From the NCBI GenBank assembly GCA_951406725.2, contig OX597836.1:50549282-50613281 (forward strand): a stretch of 64,000 nucleotides of DNA, given 5' to 3'. Positions 27,501 through 39,700 of the stretch are shown piece after piece. Within the stretch, counting starts at the first letter, position 1, and each line of letters starts with the position of its first letter. Source of the DNA: Octopus vulgaris. Its lineage: Eukaryota. A program made the translations under genes and the position numbers. The notes under the pieces were generated by a model. The model had not been told where the DNA came from, did not search any database, and saw only the letters and a list, made by a program, of their open reading frames with translations.

Positions 27501-30500
27501 TTCGAATTATGAAATGACATGCGGTTGACTTTGTATTTGTTTGTTCAATGATTTTAGTTTGATATTTTTGTCTCTTCCAATAGAGCACTTCTATTGCAGT
27601 CCTATTAAATCTTTTTGTTCCTGACAAGAAACAATTATTGTATCGATATACGTATATATATATATATAGATAGATAGATATGTGTGTATATATGTATAAT
27701 GCACATCTGTGTGTGTATGTAATGTCTGTATACATGTGCATGCATACACAAACACACACATATATACAGGGGCGTTTGATTATAAACATGCATGTATAGA
27801 GACATATGTATATATTTATATATGTGTGTGTGTGTGTGCATGGGTGTCTAAATATGTTTTCCTTGTATGGTTGTGGTTTTGGGGTACAAAGAACATACCT
27901 ATTATCCCTTTATGGTCTTTATGGGTTATCAAAGCAATACTCCTTTGCTGTTGAACAATACTCAACATTTGAAATAAAAACTCAACGTTTCTCTTGATCA
28001 ATTTCTTCTCTTCTTAGTCCATCAGTCCAGGTTTAGTGGACACAGAATTTGCCTCTCGTCTATTTCCAGACAGAAAAGAAGTTCCAAAGAGAGATTTTAA
28101 GGTGTGTATTTTCTTTTCTTATGTCTACCGATTATAGGTGTAGAAGTATTTGAAGGACAATTCATGTCTATAATCTATCAATGCATTTTATAGAGATTGG
28201 ATGGCTGAACTAGTCGGTTATTCCAATTGAGCTAAATGATCATAGATCAGGAGTTTGGATTAAGAAAAGAATGATACAAGGGTAACATTTACAGTTAAAG
28301 ACTGGAAAATAGAATTGGATAAAAGCACTTCAATAGGCTGTGAGGTTGGGGTATTTGCTTTTCAATCAAGAGGTCTCAGGTTCAGACCTACTACGAGGTA
28401 CTTTGGGCCAGTGCATTTTACTAATAGGCTCCTGATCAACCAAAACCTTGTGAATGGATTTGATAGTTGGAAAATGAAAGAAGCCTATTATGTGTACATG
28501 TAGCCTTGTCCTAACGTTGCATTAGGGTCATAGAAGCAATGTTGTTTGTTTGAAGTCTTCTGTGGATAAACGTGTCCAGCCACGGGGAAGTATTATCTTA
28601 CTTGCAAACAGGTGACAATTGCTCTCAGGAATGGCATCCAACAATAGGAAACCAGCCTCAACTAATTTCGTCTGACCCTTGCAGACATTGAAAAGTGGAT
28701 GTTAAATCATGATGACGATGACAGCAATGGATTGTCAGAGTTCATAGAACTTTGAACAAAATAATTCATAGCATTTGCTTATGTCCTCCTTTTATATTCT
28801 GTGTTCAAATCTTGTCCAACTGGAATTTGCTGTCTGTAAAATAAGTCCCAGTAAAGACTGAAGTCTGTATATTGGTTCTACACTTCAAGTGTGTGCCCCA
28901 GCACGGGCTGTAAAAGAAGAAAATAATCTTTAAATTTATATAAGAAATTATTATAGTTATAAGGGCTTTTCTTAATTCTGTGTCTTGTAAAAAGTCTGTA
29001 TTAGCCATGATTTCCTGGTCTCAAGTTCATGTCCTTATCGAGGTGGTCTTATCAGAAGTTATAGCCATTGTTTAAGTTAAATGATGCGTAACAAAGACCT
29101 TGATTCATTATACTACTACTACTACTACTACTAGATAATAATAATAATAATAATAATGATGATAATGATAATAATAACTGGTACTTATTTCATCGACCCC
29201 AAAAGAATGAAAGGCAAAGCCAACACTGGTGGAATTTGAACTGACAACATAAACATGGACGAAATACCACTAAGCATTTTGTCCAGGCAGCTAACAATTC
29301 TGCCAGCTGACCGCCTGATGATAATAAATAATAATAACAACAATAACAACAATGATGATGGTTTCAACTTTTGCCATTAAGGCAGCAATTTTAGGAGTCG
29401 ATTAGATTGACCCCATATTTATGTTCTAGCACACACAGATATTGGTAATGAGACTGGACGCAGAAAAGTTTGGTAAAATTTACCTTCCCAATGAGAACAC
29501 AAGTGTTTCCATGTTTTAAAGAATTCTCTTCTTACAAAAGACGTTTTTTTTTCTGGCACAAGTTTAGTCTCTCCAAGTAAATATTTCATCTACCAAAGCC
29601 TTCACTACTCTCCAAATAACTCTTTAAATATGTTTAGTCATAAAAGTGTTTGGATTGATCTGTGGTTTGAATTTCTCATTCATTTTTCAGATTCTTGAAT
29701 CTGGTGATGTAGCTGATGCAGTCCTGTTTGCACTTCAGGTACCCAAACACTGTGAGGTGGGTGTCCTTTGATCTCTTTTAATAACCCCTACTTTGTTGAG
29801 ATTGCAACAAAGATATATTTGTTGGTGGGTTGAGGGGAGGAGCAGAGTGTTGCAATGAACGAGGGGGAAAATGTTTACAGCAAGTGAAGCAGTTGCACAG
29901 TTTGTGTGAGATGTGCAATGGCAGCAGTTGTTGAATTGTGTAACTGGAGTGGAATAAGTTCATGCAGCCATTGGTCTTGGTTGGGCTGTGATGGCTGTCA
30001 TCATCTTGGTCCCTAGCTGATGCTCGCTGGCTTCAGCCGTATCACGACGACTCTCAATTTAGCAGATAAACAAACTATAGCTAATGTCTGTCAAAGAAAA
30101 TGAACAAAAGGCAACATTGTTAATGACAATCTGTTTCTTCAAGAATTTGAGTGGTCATTTGTTTGCTGACATGACCATGTTTGTGTTATTTTTGATCTGA
30201 ACAGTAATTCAGGTTCAATTCCTAGGCAGTGAGTTGGTGCCTATGCACTTTACCAAATATTCTTGCTCTTAGATTATTGAGTAATCTGATAATACAAATT
30301 CTATATCATCTACTTCATATAGCGCCTAGATGTTGGGAAAGTACCATCTACAATAAACTGAGGCTGACCAATGCTTTCCTCATCATTATCATTTAATGTC
30401 CATGTTCGATGCTGGCAAGTGTTGGCTGCTTTGGCTGGACCAGATGAGTTGGAGGACTGCATCATTCTCCATTGTCTACTTTGGAATGGTTTCTACAGCT

Positions 30501-30883
30501 GGATGCCCTTCCTAACACCAATCAATTTACAATGTTCTGACTGCTTTTTTCTGGGCACTGTAAAATGTGCAAGACTAAAGAGACCCTGCAACTGTGTAAG
30601 AATATAATAGAAAGAGATGTGTCTTTATGCTAGGTGTTGAGAAGTTAAAAGTATAAACCTCTTGGCATTTAGTATAAAGAAACTTCACTTTCCAACCATA
30701 GAAAAATCTGCCTCAACAAATTCCTTCTGACTCATAGAAAAGTGGACATTAAATGCTGATGCTTCTGTCTCGTTCCTCTGACAACCCTTCCAATTTGGTC
30801 TCTATTAGAAAAGATAAATACCAAATTTTGTTTTCTTTCAGATTAATGAAATTATGATGAGACCAACTAAGCAGGGCTACTGA
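17294..30883 (+). CDS. DHRS11: Dehydrogenase/reductase SDR family member 11-like, paralog B, complete 250 aa; join(17294..17425,20544..20747,21776..21870,22769..22898,28018..28101,29691..29756,30842..30883)
   Basis: All six introns are GT-AG and phase-compatible. Contains Rossmann TGASCGIG, CDL, NNAG, catalytic S (INSMSGHR) and YSATK, ISPGLVDTEF, and the DHRS11-type start MDKW and end RPT.Q. Confidence 0.93.
18107..18415 (+). mobile_element. Diverged family 1 SINE within a cluster of SINE and RTE-tail remnants (about 18000-19010)
   Basis: gtggctgtgttgtaataagtttgc head and tgctccagcatggtcgcagtctagtgactgaaa tail. Confidence 0.65.
19020..20262 (+). mobile_element. Decayed mariner (Tc1/mariner) transposon in DHRS11 intron 1
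   Basis: Broken frames give the HTH region (IRAILLFIFKKGRKAAET), WVPHNL, IVTCDEKW, KVMVTVWW, ILQDNA, HPAYSPDLSPIDYHF and LVTRWQKCVD..G.YFD. Many stops; TIRs eroded. Confidence 0.9.
20544..20747 (+). CDS. DHRS11: DHRS11-like B exon 2
   Basis: cag/gtaagt, 204 nt; EISDELKGEAGSLLALKCDL...GGVDVCINNAGLA...WREMFN. Confidence 0.93.
21265..21560 (-). mobile_element. Second tRNA-head SINE family (diverged)
   Basis: Minus strand begins gtagcttagtggtcagggc..ggttcaatacc (A/B-box-like), then gtgtcctcaagcaagacac; body is unlike family 1. Confidence 0.55.
21776..21870 (+). CDS. DHRS11: DHRS11-like B exon 3
   Basis: tgcag/gtctgc, 95 nt; VNVLALSICTRESFKSMTERNVMDGHFIHIN(S). Confidence 0.92.
22134..22351 (+). 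mobile_element. Tail-less internal RTE RT fragment between 26-bp direct repeats
   Basis: Matches the reverse complement of about 10865-11082. Flanked by atactattgtgtatcatttcacgtcc at 22108-22133 and 22352-22377. Confidence 0.85.
22769..22898 (+). CDS. DHRS11: DHRS11-like B exon 4 (catalytic YxxxK)
   Basis: tag/gtaagt, 130 nt; MSGHRVVDLPDAHFYSATKFAVTSLITGLRNELRRLESDIRVT. Confidence 0.93.
23426..23711. repeat. 130-bp-arm hairpin (23426-23555 / 23582-23711), 26-nt loop
   Basis: Arms are reverse-complementary with one visible T:G mismatch; flanked by AT microsatellite. Confidence 0.92.
23860..27560. mobile_element. Palindromic Penelope-like insertion: two about 1.7-kb inverted arms, each with a GIY-YIG endonuclease ORF
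   Basis: ORFs 24845-25375(-) and 26024-26593(+) encode the same CNCR..CPLDGSC..VIYKC..FYIGST..CRLC..E..CVH domain. Arms 23860-25549 and 25890-27560; the 340-bp spacer encodes the upstream linker (VIWFAPP..FPRDH..FSYSVMPN). Confidence 0.9.
28018..28101 (+). CDS. DHRS11: DHRS11-like B exon 5
   Basis: ttag/gtgtgt, 84 nt; SISPGLVDTEFASRLFPDRKEVPKRDFK. Confidence 0.9.
29691..29756 (+). CDS. DHRS11: DHRS11-like B exon 6
   Basis: ttttcag/gtgggt, 66 nt; ILESGDVADAVLFALQVPKHCE. Confidence 0.9.
30842..30883 (+). CDS. DHRS11: DHRS11-like B last coding exon
   Basis: ttttctttcag acceptor; INEIMMRPTKQGY then TGA. Confidence 0.88.
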   Translation: MNEIMMRPTKQGY

Positions 30884-33587
30884 AAAACTGACAAAAGCAA
30901 AACGAACAGATCGTCCATTTTCCACTTGACAAGGACACAAGAGAGCATTTGATCACATATGGACCTTGATCTCTGCTTCAGAGCAACCATTTTTTTAAAG
31001 ACACTACTCCAGTATGACTACAATGAGTGAAACAAGTAAAAATTAAAGACATCTTGCCTCGTATCATTAATGTCTTATGAAATTCTATTCCTTTCTTCTT
31101 CTCCTCTTTTACTCTCACTTTCTTTTCTCCCCTAAAAGAAAATTCTAGATGTCTCTAAAATAGTTGAACTTGTAAAAGAAGGTAGCAGGGAGCATTTTGT
31201 ATTATTCATTCATTCATTTATGTCTCCCCATAGAAGACAGGGAATCTATTTCTACACACTGGAGCTCCTTACAGTGGAAGACCTGGTGAGATGCATATAC
31301 TAGAAGTCCTTATTTATTGATGCTGGTGAGGCATCCACTACCAGGGAGTATAAAAAGACTCCATAAGATCAAAAGACTTAGCACCCTTCAAAGCTGACCT
31401 CCTAGACATAGTAGCCAAGGTCCTCTAGACCTTTTCAAATTAGATTGTAAAAAATTGACATTGGAACTTTTAGGAATTCATAAAACTGACATATAATGGT
31501 AGAGGCATGGCTGAGTTGTTAAGAAACTTGCTTTACAACTGTGTAGTTTCTGGGTTCAGTCTCACTGCACAGCACCTTGGACAACTAATGGCCCTGGGTT
31601 CACAAATGTCTTGCAAGAAAATTTGGTGCAAAGAAACTGTGTGGAAGCTCAATGTGTGTGTGTATACATATAAAATTGTGTGCATTTTTGTCCCCTCCAT
31701 CACTGCAAGAACTAATAAACACAAATTATAGAGAGGAGAATGAAACTGTGCTCCATATTGTTCCTTTTTCTCCCAACCATTTTTCACATCCAGCAGATTC
31801 TTGTACCAATATTTCTAAGCCTCTTTCTTCTCATCATTAGCCAGGCTAAGTGTGCTGTTACTGATAATTCAAGCCCTCTCCACCACCCGACATCTTCATT
31901 TACCTTCTGTATATTGGTTCTACACTTCAAGTGTGTGCTCCAGCAGGGGCTGTAAATTATTCCCCAATCGTGATTCTGCTGATTTTTTTCTTACAGACCC
32001 TTGGCAAACAATTTCTTTCCTGCTTCTCTTCAAGCTACAGGATATAGTTCTTTCCTACCTGCTCTCTCTTCCAGTATTTCCTTCTCTCTCTCTCTTTCAG
32101 CCTTTATTGCTCCATCTACAGTGCCACGGTGGCACCATGTTGCCTTATATCATCTTACTGCAACAACTGAACTTGTCTGTAGCTTTTGGTAGGTTGTGCC
32201 GTAAAACTCTCACTTGTCCTCTTATAAATTTCCTTTCCATTAATCATCTTGTTTCTTCCAGAATAATTCTAAACATAAATTTAGAAAAGAAGACATGTTC
32301 CATTTAACCCCGTCTCCTTTCTATCCCACATTCATGTCCCTATTGTCCCCTTGTATGTTGTTGGTGTGACTAAGGATGGCAGTGGATCTCCACTCAGTAT
32401 TCTCTCTAAAGTGTTGCCCGTCCCACTTGACTTTTGGATTCCTCAGAGCCCAGTCTGGAGCAATAACTTGGACCAATTTTATAATGTGAAGATAACTTCT
32501 CTCAACCAGCAGAAGCAATCTCCATCCGAGGTCACCCAACTGCTTGAAACAGCAGCAAAATCTCCCTCGCTCAAGACTTACCTGTTATAAAGTGGTCTTT
32601 TGCTACTGTTGTATCTGTCTTTTGTATGACGGTTGTCAACAGAATGTTTTTCTATCTGGCACTGTATGACCCCAAGTCGTACACTGTTATCCTCAAAAGT
32701 CCACTCAGTATCACAGTGTAATTACCTGCTCAGCCCAGTCATGACTCTCAACACAGTCTACACATACTCTCCCGATACCAGCTGACGTCACCTTACTTAT
32801 AGTGACTGGGTCATTCGACTTGTCACGTGGGAGAGGTGTACCACTATTACTAATTCCCTACAACATTACCATCTTAGAACAAGAAAGATGTATTGAATCA
32901 TTATTTAACATTTGCTTCCCAAGCTGGCATGAGTCAGATGTTTTGATGGGGTTTGATGGGTCACAGAAGCTGCATCTGGCTCCAATGTCAGCTTTGGCAT
33001 GGTTTCCCTGGTTGGATGCCCTTCCTAATGCCAACCACTTTACAGAGTGTACTGGGTGCTTTACTTTCCTGACACTGGCACAAGTGAGGTTGGCAAATAA
33101 CTCGCAAGACAAAGAAACGGAAAGAGAAACGGAACAATGAAAAGGAGGGTCCCTGGCAGTGAGGAATAAGTAGATAAGCAACAAAAAAAATAAATTAAAC
33201 AAAAGCCAATCAGTTGAATTACACATATTTAATTAATCCAAACATTTTTACACCTAAAAAAGACAAACACTACATTGGTTGGTTAATTTCCAGGTGATTG
33301 TTGTTGTTGTTGTGGTGGTGGTGGTGTTGTGGTGTTGTTGTTGCTCTCCAAGTGCTTTGTGTCTTTCTCAAGGTTTGTGAAATCAGCTTCATTCAGTCCT
33401 ACCAAAACTAACCAACCTATCAAGTGTTTCTTCTTGTTTTGCTAACAATCTTTTGTCATTTTTATAAGAAGAGAGGGAAAGCGGGGGATAAAGTAAAGGG
33501 ATTTCTTTTTTGTAAATGAGTAAATATATATTTTTCAAACAACCATATGAAAGAAAGAAAGGAAAAAAACCATAGGTAGGTACCAAC

Positions 33588-33661
33588 AAAGACAGACAAT
33601 TTATCCAACTACAGTCAACTAAAACTAGTTTTCAACAATAGCCTTCATCCAGTCTGTCTTT
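33588..33661 (-). promoter_or_regulatory. SECIS element (type II) in the GPx 3' UTR
   Basis: Minus strand: aaagacagac-tgg-ATGAA-ggctattgttg-AAA-acta gttt tagt-tgactgtagtt-GGAT-aaatt-gtctgtcttt. 10-bp helix I, AUGA/GA core, 11-bp helix II, unpaired AAA and apical mini-helix; begins about 70 nt after the stop. Confidence 0.9.
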
Positions 33662-33733
33662 TGCAGATTAAAAACCCAAAGTTTTTATCCTCTCCAGGTG
33701 TTAAGTTAATCTTACAGGTCAGTCTCCAGGCAG

Positions 33734-33766
33734 CTACCACAATTTCTCTAAGTCCTTCTCGATCGA
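33734..33766 (-). CDS. GPX4: GPx4-like last coding exon ([10 protein letters not shown])
   Basis: tttttctctttcag acceptor, TAG stop at 33734-33736; resembles the VIEKDL terminal exon of GPX4. Confidence 0.88.
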   Translation of the reverse strand, partial: SIEKDLEKLW

Positions 33767-36700
33767 CTGAAAGAGAAAAAAAGTTAAAAAAAAAAAAACG
33801 ATTCAGAAAGATTACATTGAAATAATTATTTAATTTATATTTTAATGACAATTAAAAGAAGAAACCACGAGTTACCATTTGATCTAGTTCAATATCATCA
33901 TCATCAACATTATTACATCACTAGCAGTATCGCCCAGTGTTGCTCAGGTTTGTTTCGATCCTTTAGAATTGGAATTTTTGAAAAGTAAAAATTCTGCATT
34001 ATGTAGCTTGTTATTCTCTTTAAGTGGACATTTTTCTGGTTGAAATACACTGAAAAATCGCGACACAGCAGTCAAAAAATCGTAATAAATAGGGATTTTC
34101 ATAGAAAAAAAGCACCATTTTGATGAAAATAATTTTTGGTGTTAATATGGTCCAATTTGAATTTTTTCTTCTACAGAAGGAAGTGCAAGCCTTCTTCTAT
34201 CATACTCTCAATTTTGGCCAACTTGCGCTGCAGAGTCTTGGAGGAGGTAGAGTTAGTTGAAGGCTACCAAACCTGCCATACACAGACAAGAAGTTATATA
34301 GAGAGATTTGATGTCCACTTTTCTATGCCTGCAGGAATCAGATAGAATTTGCCGAGGCAGATTTCCCAGGTTTCGACGTCCTTTCTGTTGCCAACCGTCA
34401 ACTGTTTCCAAGCAAGGTTAATATTTCCCATGGCCAGACATGTTTTTCCATTGAAAGAGGAAACCAACAACCTCACTTGTTTAACAGTGATGCTCCTTTA
34501 CAACCATCATGTAATATCAGGACATGGGCGTACATACACACACACACGACATGCAGTGGGACTGAACCCCAAATCACATGGCTAGAAAGCTAGCTTGTCA
34601 ACCACACGGCCAAGTCGATTCAGTTTCATTTTAAATATGGGAAAAGAAGGGAGCAGAGAGAGGGGAAGCAGTATAGAGAATTAAGGGTCAACAGATGTTG
34701 CTTCCGATAGGATCAGAAATAAATAGGAAGACTGGAAATGAAACAATGGATGAATGTTAATAAGGAATAGAGATTAAGTTCAAAAGAGGGAGGCCAAATA
34801 TTAAAAATATACGAAAGTTGTGGTGAAAGGAGAGGATTTCAAGTTAGCACAAAAAAAAAAAACCCCCAAAAAAAACCAAACAAAACAAACCAAAAAGAGA
34901 AAAAAGCAGAGCGATTTGAACTTGGAAATTGGAATTGCAAACACTGAAATGCTACCTGACTTCTTTAAAACCACATTTAACATTTTTTTTTTTAAAAAGA
35001 GGAAGAACACATTAGGAAAGTCAGATTACTGAAACACCTTTGATCATAGGAGATCTGCTTGATCAGGATGGACCTGGGGTTAAACAACTAAAACATCATC
35101 ATTCTAATTCTTGCCCCATGGTGGTGATGAAAATTTTATTTTATTTTCAGGGAGAAGAAAAATTTAAATGTGTTTAAACTTACCTTAGGTTCCTGGTTGG
35201 GTGCAAAGCGCTTCACAGGTGTGCCGTCTTTGTTAATGAGAAATTTGCTGAAATTCCACTTGATGGCACTGAAATGATAAACAGAGTTGAATGACACAGG
35301 CATAATGAGCAACCATCTTCACACCAAATTCTACACTTAGATTAAAACCCAACCCTGCCCAGTCTAGCTTCAACTGCTCTTGTCAGCTATTTCTCTCGTC
35401 ATTATCAGGTGCCATCCGCTCTCAGCAGGTTCAATACCAAGGAGATGCATCTGGCTCTCTTCTCTGCCATTCTTACACATTCACCACTTAACAGTTTAGT
35501 CTAGTTGATCTTATCAAACCAGTTTGTTCTCGGTCTTCTACTCCACCATTTGCCATTTATCTTTCCATCTCATCTTTGTATACTTTCTACTTTTTTGGCT
35601 TTTAATAATTGAGAGTAATAATCATTTTGTATTTGCTAGTTGTAGCACTTCTTCAGCAGTTCTATGTTTTGTCCAAGATATTCTTAACATTCTTTGAAAT
35701 GTCCACCTTTCAAAAGCTTCCAGTTTGTCAGACTGTTCCCATCAGTGTCCCTGTTCCTTCACCATACAATGGCTGCATCTAACACTTAGACAGTCTTTCT
35801 CAGGTTTCTGTATGTATATATATACACTAGCAGTATCACCTGGTGTTGCTTGGGTTTGTTTCGACCCTTTAGAATTGGAATTTTTGAAAAGTAAAAGTTT
35901 TGCATTATGTAGCTTGTTATTCTCTTTAAGTGAACATTTTTCTGGTTGAAATACACTGAAAAATGGCGACACAGCAGTAAAAAAATCGTAAAAAATAGGG
36001 ATTTTCATAGAAAAAAAGCACTTTTTGATGTAAATAATTTTTGGTGTTAACATGGTCTGAAGGAAGAGCAAGCCTTCTTCTATCACACTCTCAATTTTGG
36101 TGAACTTGCGCCGCAGGGTCTCGGAGGAGATAGTGTTAGCTGAAGGCTACCAAACCTGCCATACACAGACAAATTCAGCTTTATATATAGAGAGATATAC
36201 AATCCTTGCTGTTAAAGCCTTTGACATGTTTGAGTCTAGATATTTTCCCTTGCAATACATATATATCAATTATCCACCAGACCATATATCATTATGTGCA
36301 ATGCAGAATTGATTGTCCTTAATGAAGGTGAGAGAAAAGTTTGGAATCTTTTGCTCTTATATTTTTGTTGCAAACATTCACTGGCAATTATATTTCTTTA
36401 AATTTAGCAATAATTACATGGGTACCTTTGCCCTCTGTACATGGTTTTAAAAATTGCTCCTAAAATTAATAAGATTTTTCTAGATAATCAACAATGTATT
36501 TAATATTGCACATTAAAAAACAAAAACATTGAAAGATAAACAAATAGGTTACACACACACACACACACACACACAGAGTGGTGGTGGATTGCTGTCGTGA
36601 ATGATTGGGGTTTAGTTGTTTAATCAACTGAGTTATCTGCTCCTGAATTAAGGTGTAAGGGGCTGAACATTGTACAGATTCGTAACCCTGAATGTAAATC

Positions 36701-39700
36701 ATTGGAAGGGTCAAGCATGACAGGGCTATACCTTCTTGAATTGCTCTTAAACTCCAATTTATCACAAAGAAAAGACACCAAAGACAATGGAAACTTTTTA
36801 TGAATTGGCCAATTTTTTTTCATCTTATAAAAGAGAAGTGAATCTGTCTATTTGTCCAGCACAACATCTATGAGAGGGAGGGAAAGAAGGGCAAAATCAA
36901 AATATACATTACAACATACTTTTTGAAAGAGGGGAGGAGAAAAAGTTGCGGAGAGAGTGTGTGTGTGTGAAATAGATAAATTGATAGATAGACAAGTAGT
37001 GATTTCACCATAGTAACTAATACGTTTTGATTTAACACACAAGAAGTGCAAATCTGCCAATACAATGCAACACACTTCAAAAGAAGACTATAAGTATATG
37101 TGTATATAATATATATAGTTATTTCTTTAGTAGTTTGTGCATGTGTTTCTTTCTTTCAAAATGCAGACAATGCAACACAGACTTGAAAAAAACTTTCACT
37201 CTGAATAGAAGAATGAGGAAAGAAAAGGTTGCTGTTGATAAATACAGTAAGAGAGAGAGAGAGAGAGAGTGTATTGTGTGTGTGAAAGATAGATATATAA
37301 GTAGTGTTGTCACCACAGTAACTAACAAGCTTTGATTAAAAATGCAGGAATTTCAAGTACAAATCTGTCAACAAGAAACAAAAACTGTTTATATATATAT
37401 ATATATACAATCTTGTTTTTGGTTGTTTGTGTGTGTATTTCTGTGTCTTGCAACATATAGACAATGCAGCATTAAAAAAAAAAGACTTTCACTTTGAACA
37501 ATTTATGAACGTACATCCATGATTCACAAATATTTTTTCCCAGCAGTGGAGCAATCAGCAACAACCTAGCTTCATGGAAGCAAGAGAGGGAATCTTCTTA
37601 CCAGAAATCTCTTCTGGGAAAAGGAATAAAATATATCTTTTTGCATTAATTTAATAATTTTTTTGTTCCTTTTCAACAATAGAACTCTTAATAATCTTTG
37701 TATTAACTTGTCATTTTTGATGGTCCCAGATACCTTTAATCTTTTACTTGGTTGAGGCATTAGACTAGGGCCATACTGGGGCACCACCTTGAAGAATTTT
37801 AGCTGAATGAACCCCAGTTCTTTTTTTCCTATTTATTCTATTGGTCACTCTTGCTGAACTGCTAAGTTACAGAGACTTAAACAAAACCGACACTGGCTGT
37901 CAAGTGGTGGTGGAGGGACAAACAGACACACACATACACAATGGGCTTCTTTCACCTTCCATCTACCAAATCCACTCATGGAATTTGGGTTGACCAGAAG
38001 CTTTAGTAGAAGGAACTTGTGAAAGGTGCGATGCAGTGGGACTGAACTAAGAACCATGTGGGTGGGAAGCAAACTTCTTAGCCATTCCTGTGCCTCTATA
38101 GAAGGAAAGACCACAGCTGTAATGCTTTTGGTCATACAGCACTTCAATCTAGGCCAGGCTGGAGCAAAACATTAACAAAAAAGAAAAAACCCAACAGCTA
38201 ATGGAAATTTAAATGGATAAGAGTGGAGTTTTGTTTGACATAAATTAAAACTTACTTCCATAATGATCCCTTCAGGACACGCTGAAGATCATACCAAAGA
38301 GGATGTGCATCGGCACCATTGACGTTGATCTTACTAAACATGTCGAAGGTCACATTATATCCCTCGGCAAACTTTTTTATGTCCTCATTACTGCCAGGTT
38401 CCTGAAATGTTCAAAGAAGAAAATGATAAAGAAAGACAGGTGATTGTGTGTTTGTTAGGCAGCTTTAGTCACAAATCAAAAATGGATCTTGAAATTTCCA
38501 AAATGTGATGTAAAACGAGTGAATTCCACAGATGTTGATGAGATAAAGAAAATTATTTTAATAAGGGGCAGCAGAGGGGTCCCTTATTTTTAACTTATTT
38601 CAGTCATTGGAATGCAGCCATGCTGGAGCACCACCTTGAGCTTTTCGTCTTTCTTTTGTATGGACTTCCACACAGTTTCCATCAATGAAATTCACTCACA
38701 AGACATCCATTGGCTCAGGGTCTTCATAAAAGTACCTGCCTGAGGTGCCACACAGAGGCACTGAACCTACAAGTATGTGGTTGCAAAGAAAGTGCCATAA
38801 CCACACAGCCAAGCATGCACCTACAGGAAGATAGGTTCTAAAAGACAAAACCAAATATTGAAAATTTAACAAACCTGACTTCCAAATTGATTCGATGGAA
38901 ATGCAAGAATTCGGAGACCTTTTGATTCCCCATACTTCTCGTACAATTCCTGTAGCTGTCTGTAATTCAAATCTGTCAAACCTCATTTACTTGCTACATT
39001 AACAATTAAACATACATGGCCCCTGAAATAAAATAAAGATAAAAAATAAACAAAACAATCAAAACAAAAGTGACAGGCACAATGATATGGGTTGGATAGG
39101 TTTATACAAGATCTATTTTACTTGAGTTTAAAAATTTACAGCATTTCAGACTTCATTGGTTGTTTCGGCAAGATTTCTACGGCTGGATTCCTTTCTTAAT
39201 GCCAACCACTTTAAAGAGTGTACTGGGGGCTTTTTATGTGGCACCAGCACCAACAGGGTCAGCAAGCACCTTGCAAGATATAAAAGTCAAAAACCCCTCA
39301 ACTGAGAGGGATCAGTAATATTGGGGTATGTGTGTGTGTGTGGGGGTGTGTGCCAGTTTTAAGATTCAAGGTAAAGAGGGGACATAAATGTTTTGTATTG
39401 TGGTTAGATGGGCACTCCAGTTGGAAAGGAGAGTGAATGACAGATGGAGAGATGTTGGGACATGCCCTTAGGAACATTGGTGGTGGGGAGAATGGGTAAG
39501 ATGTGATACAGAGATTTGGAATGAGCGGGATGGTTGACATGTTAGAATCTAAACCTTATATGGCCTACATTGTTGAGATGGCAAGAATTTTGGTGAAGCA
39601 ACAACACAGAACCCTGCCTCCCCTATCACAAGATGACCTATCCACAGCCCTCATTTCTGTGCTGTTCTCACCCCAATCACAGTAAATGGAACGGCCAGCT

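Noticed and set aside
33340-33410. Second ATGAA...AAA motif in the GPx 3' UTR as a second SECIS
   Set aside because: No convincing helix II pairing and no correctly placed 3' GA.
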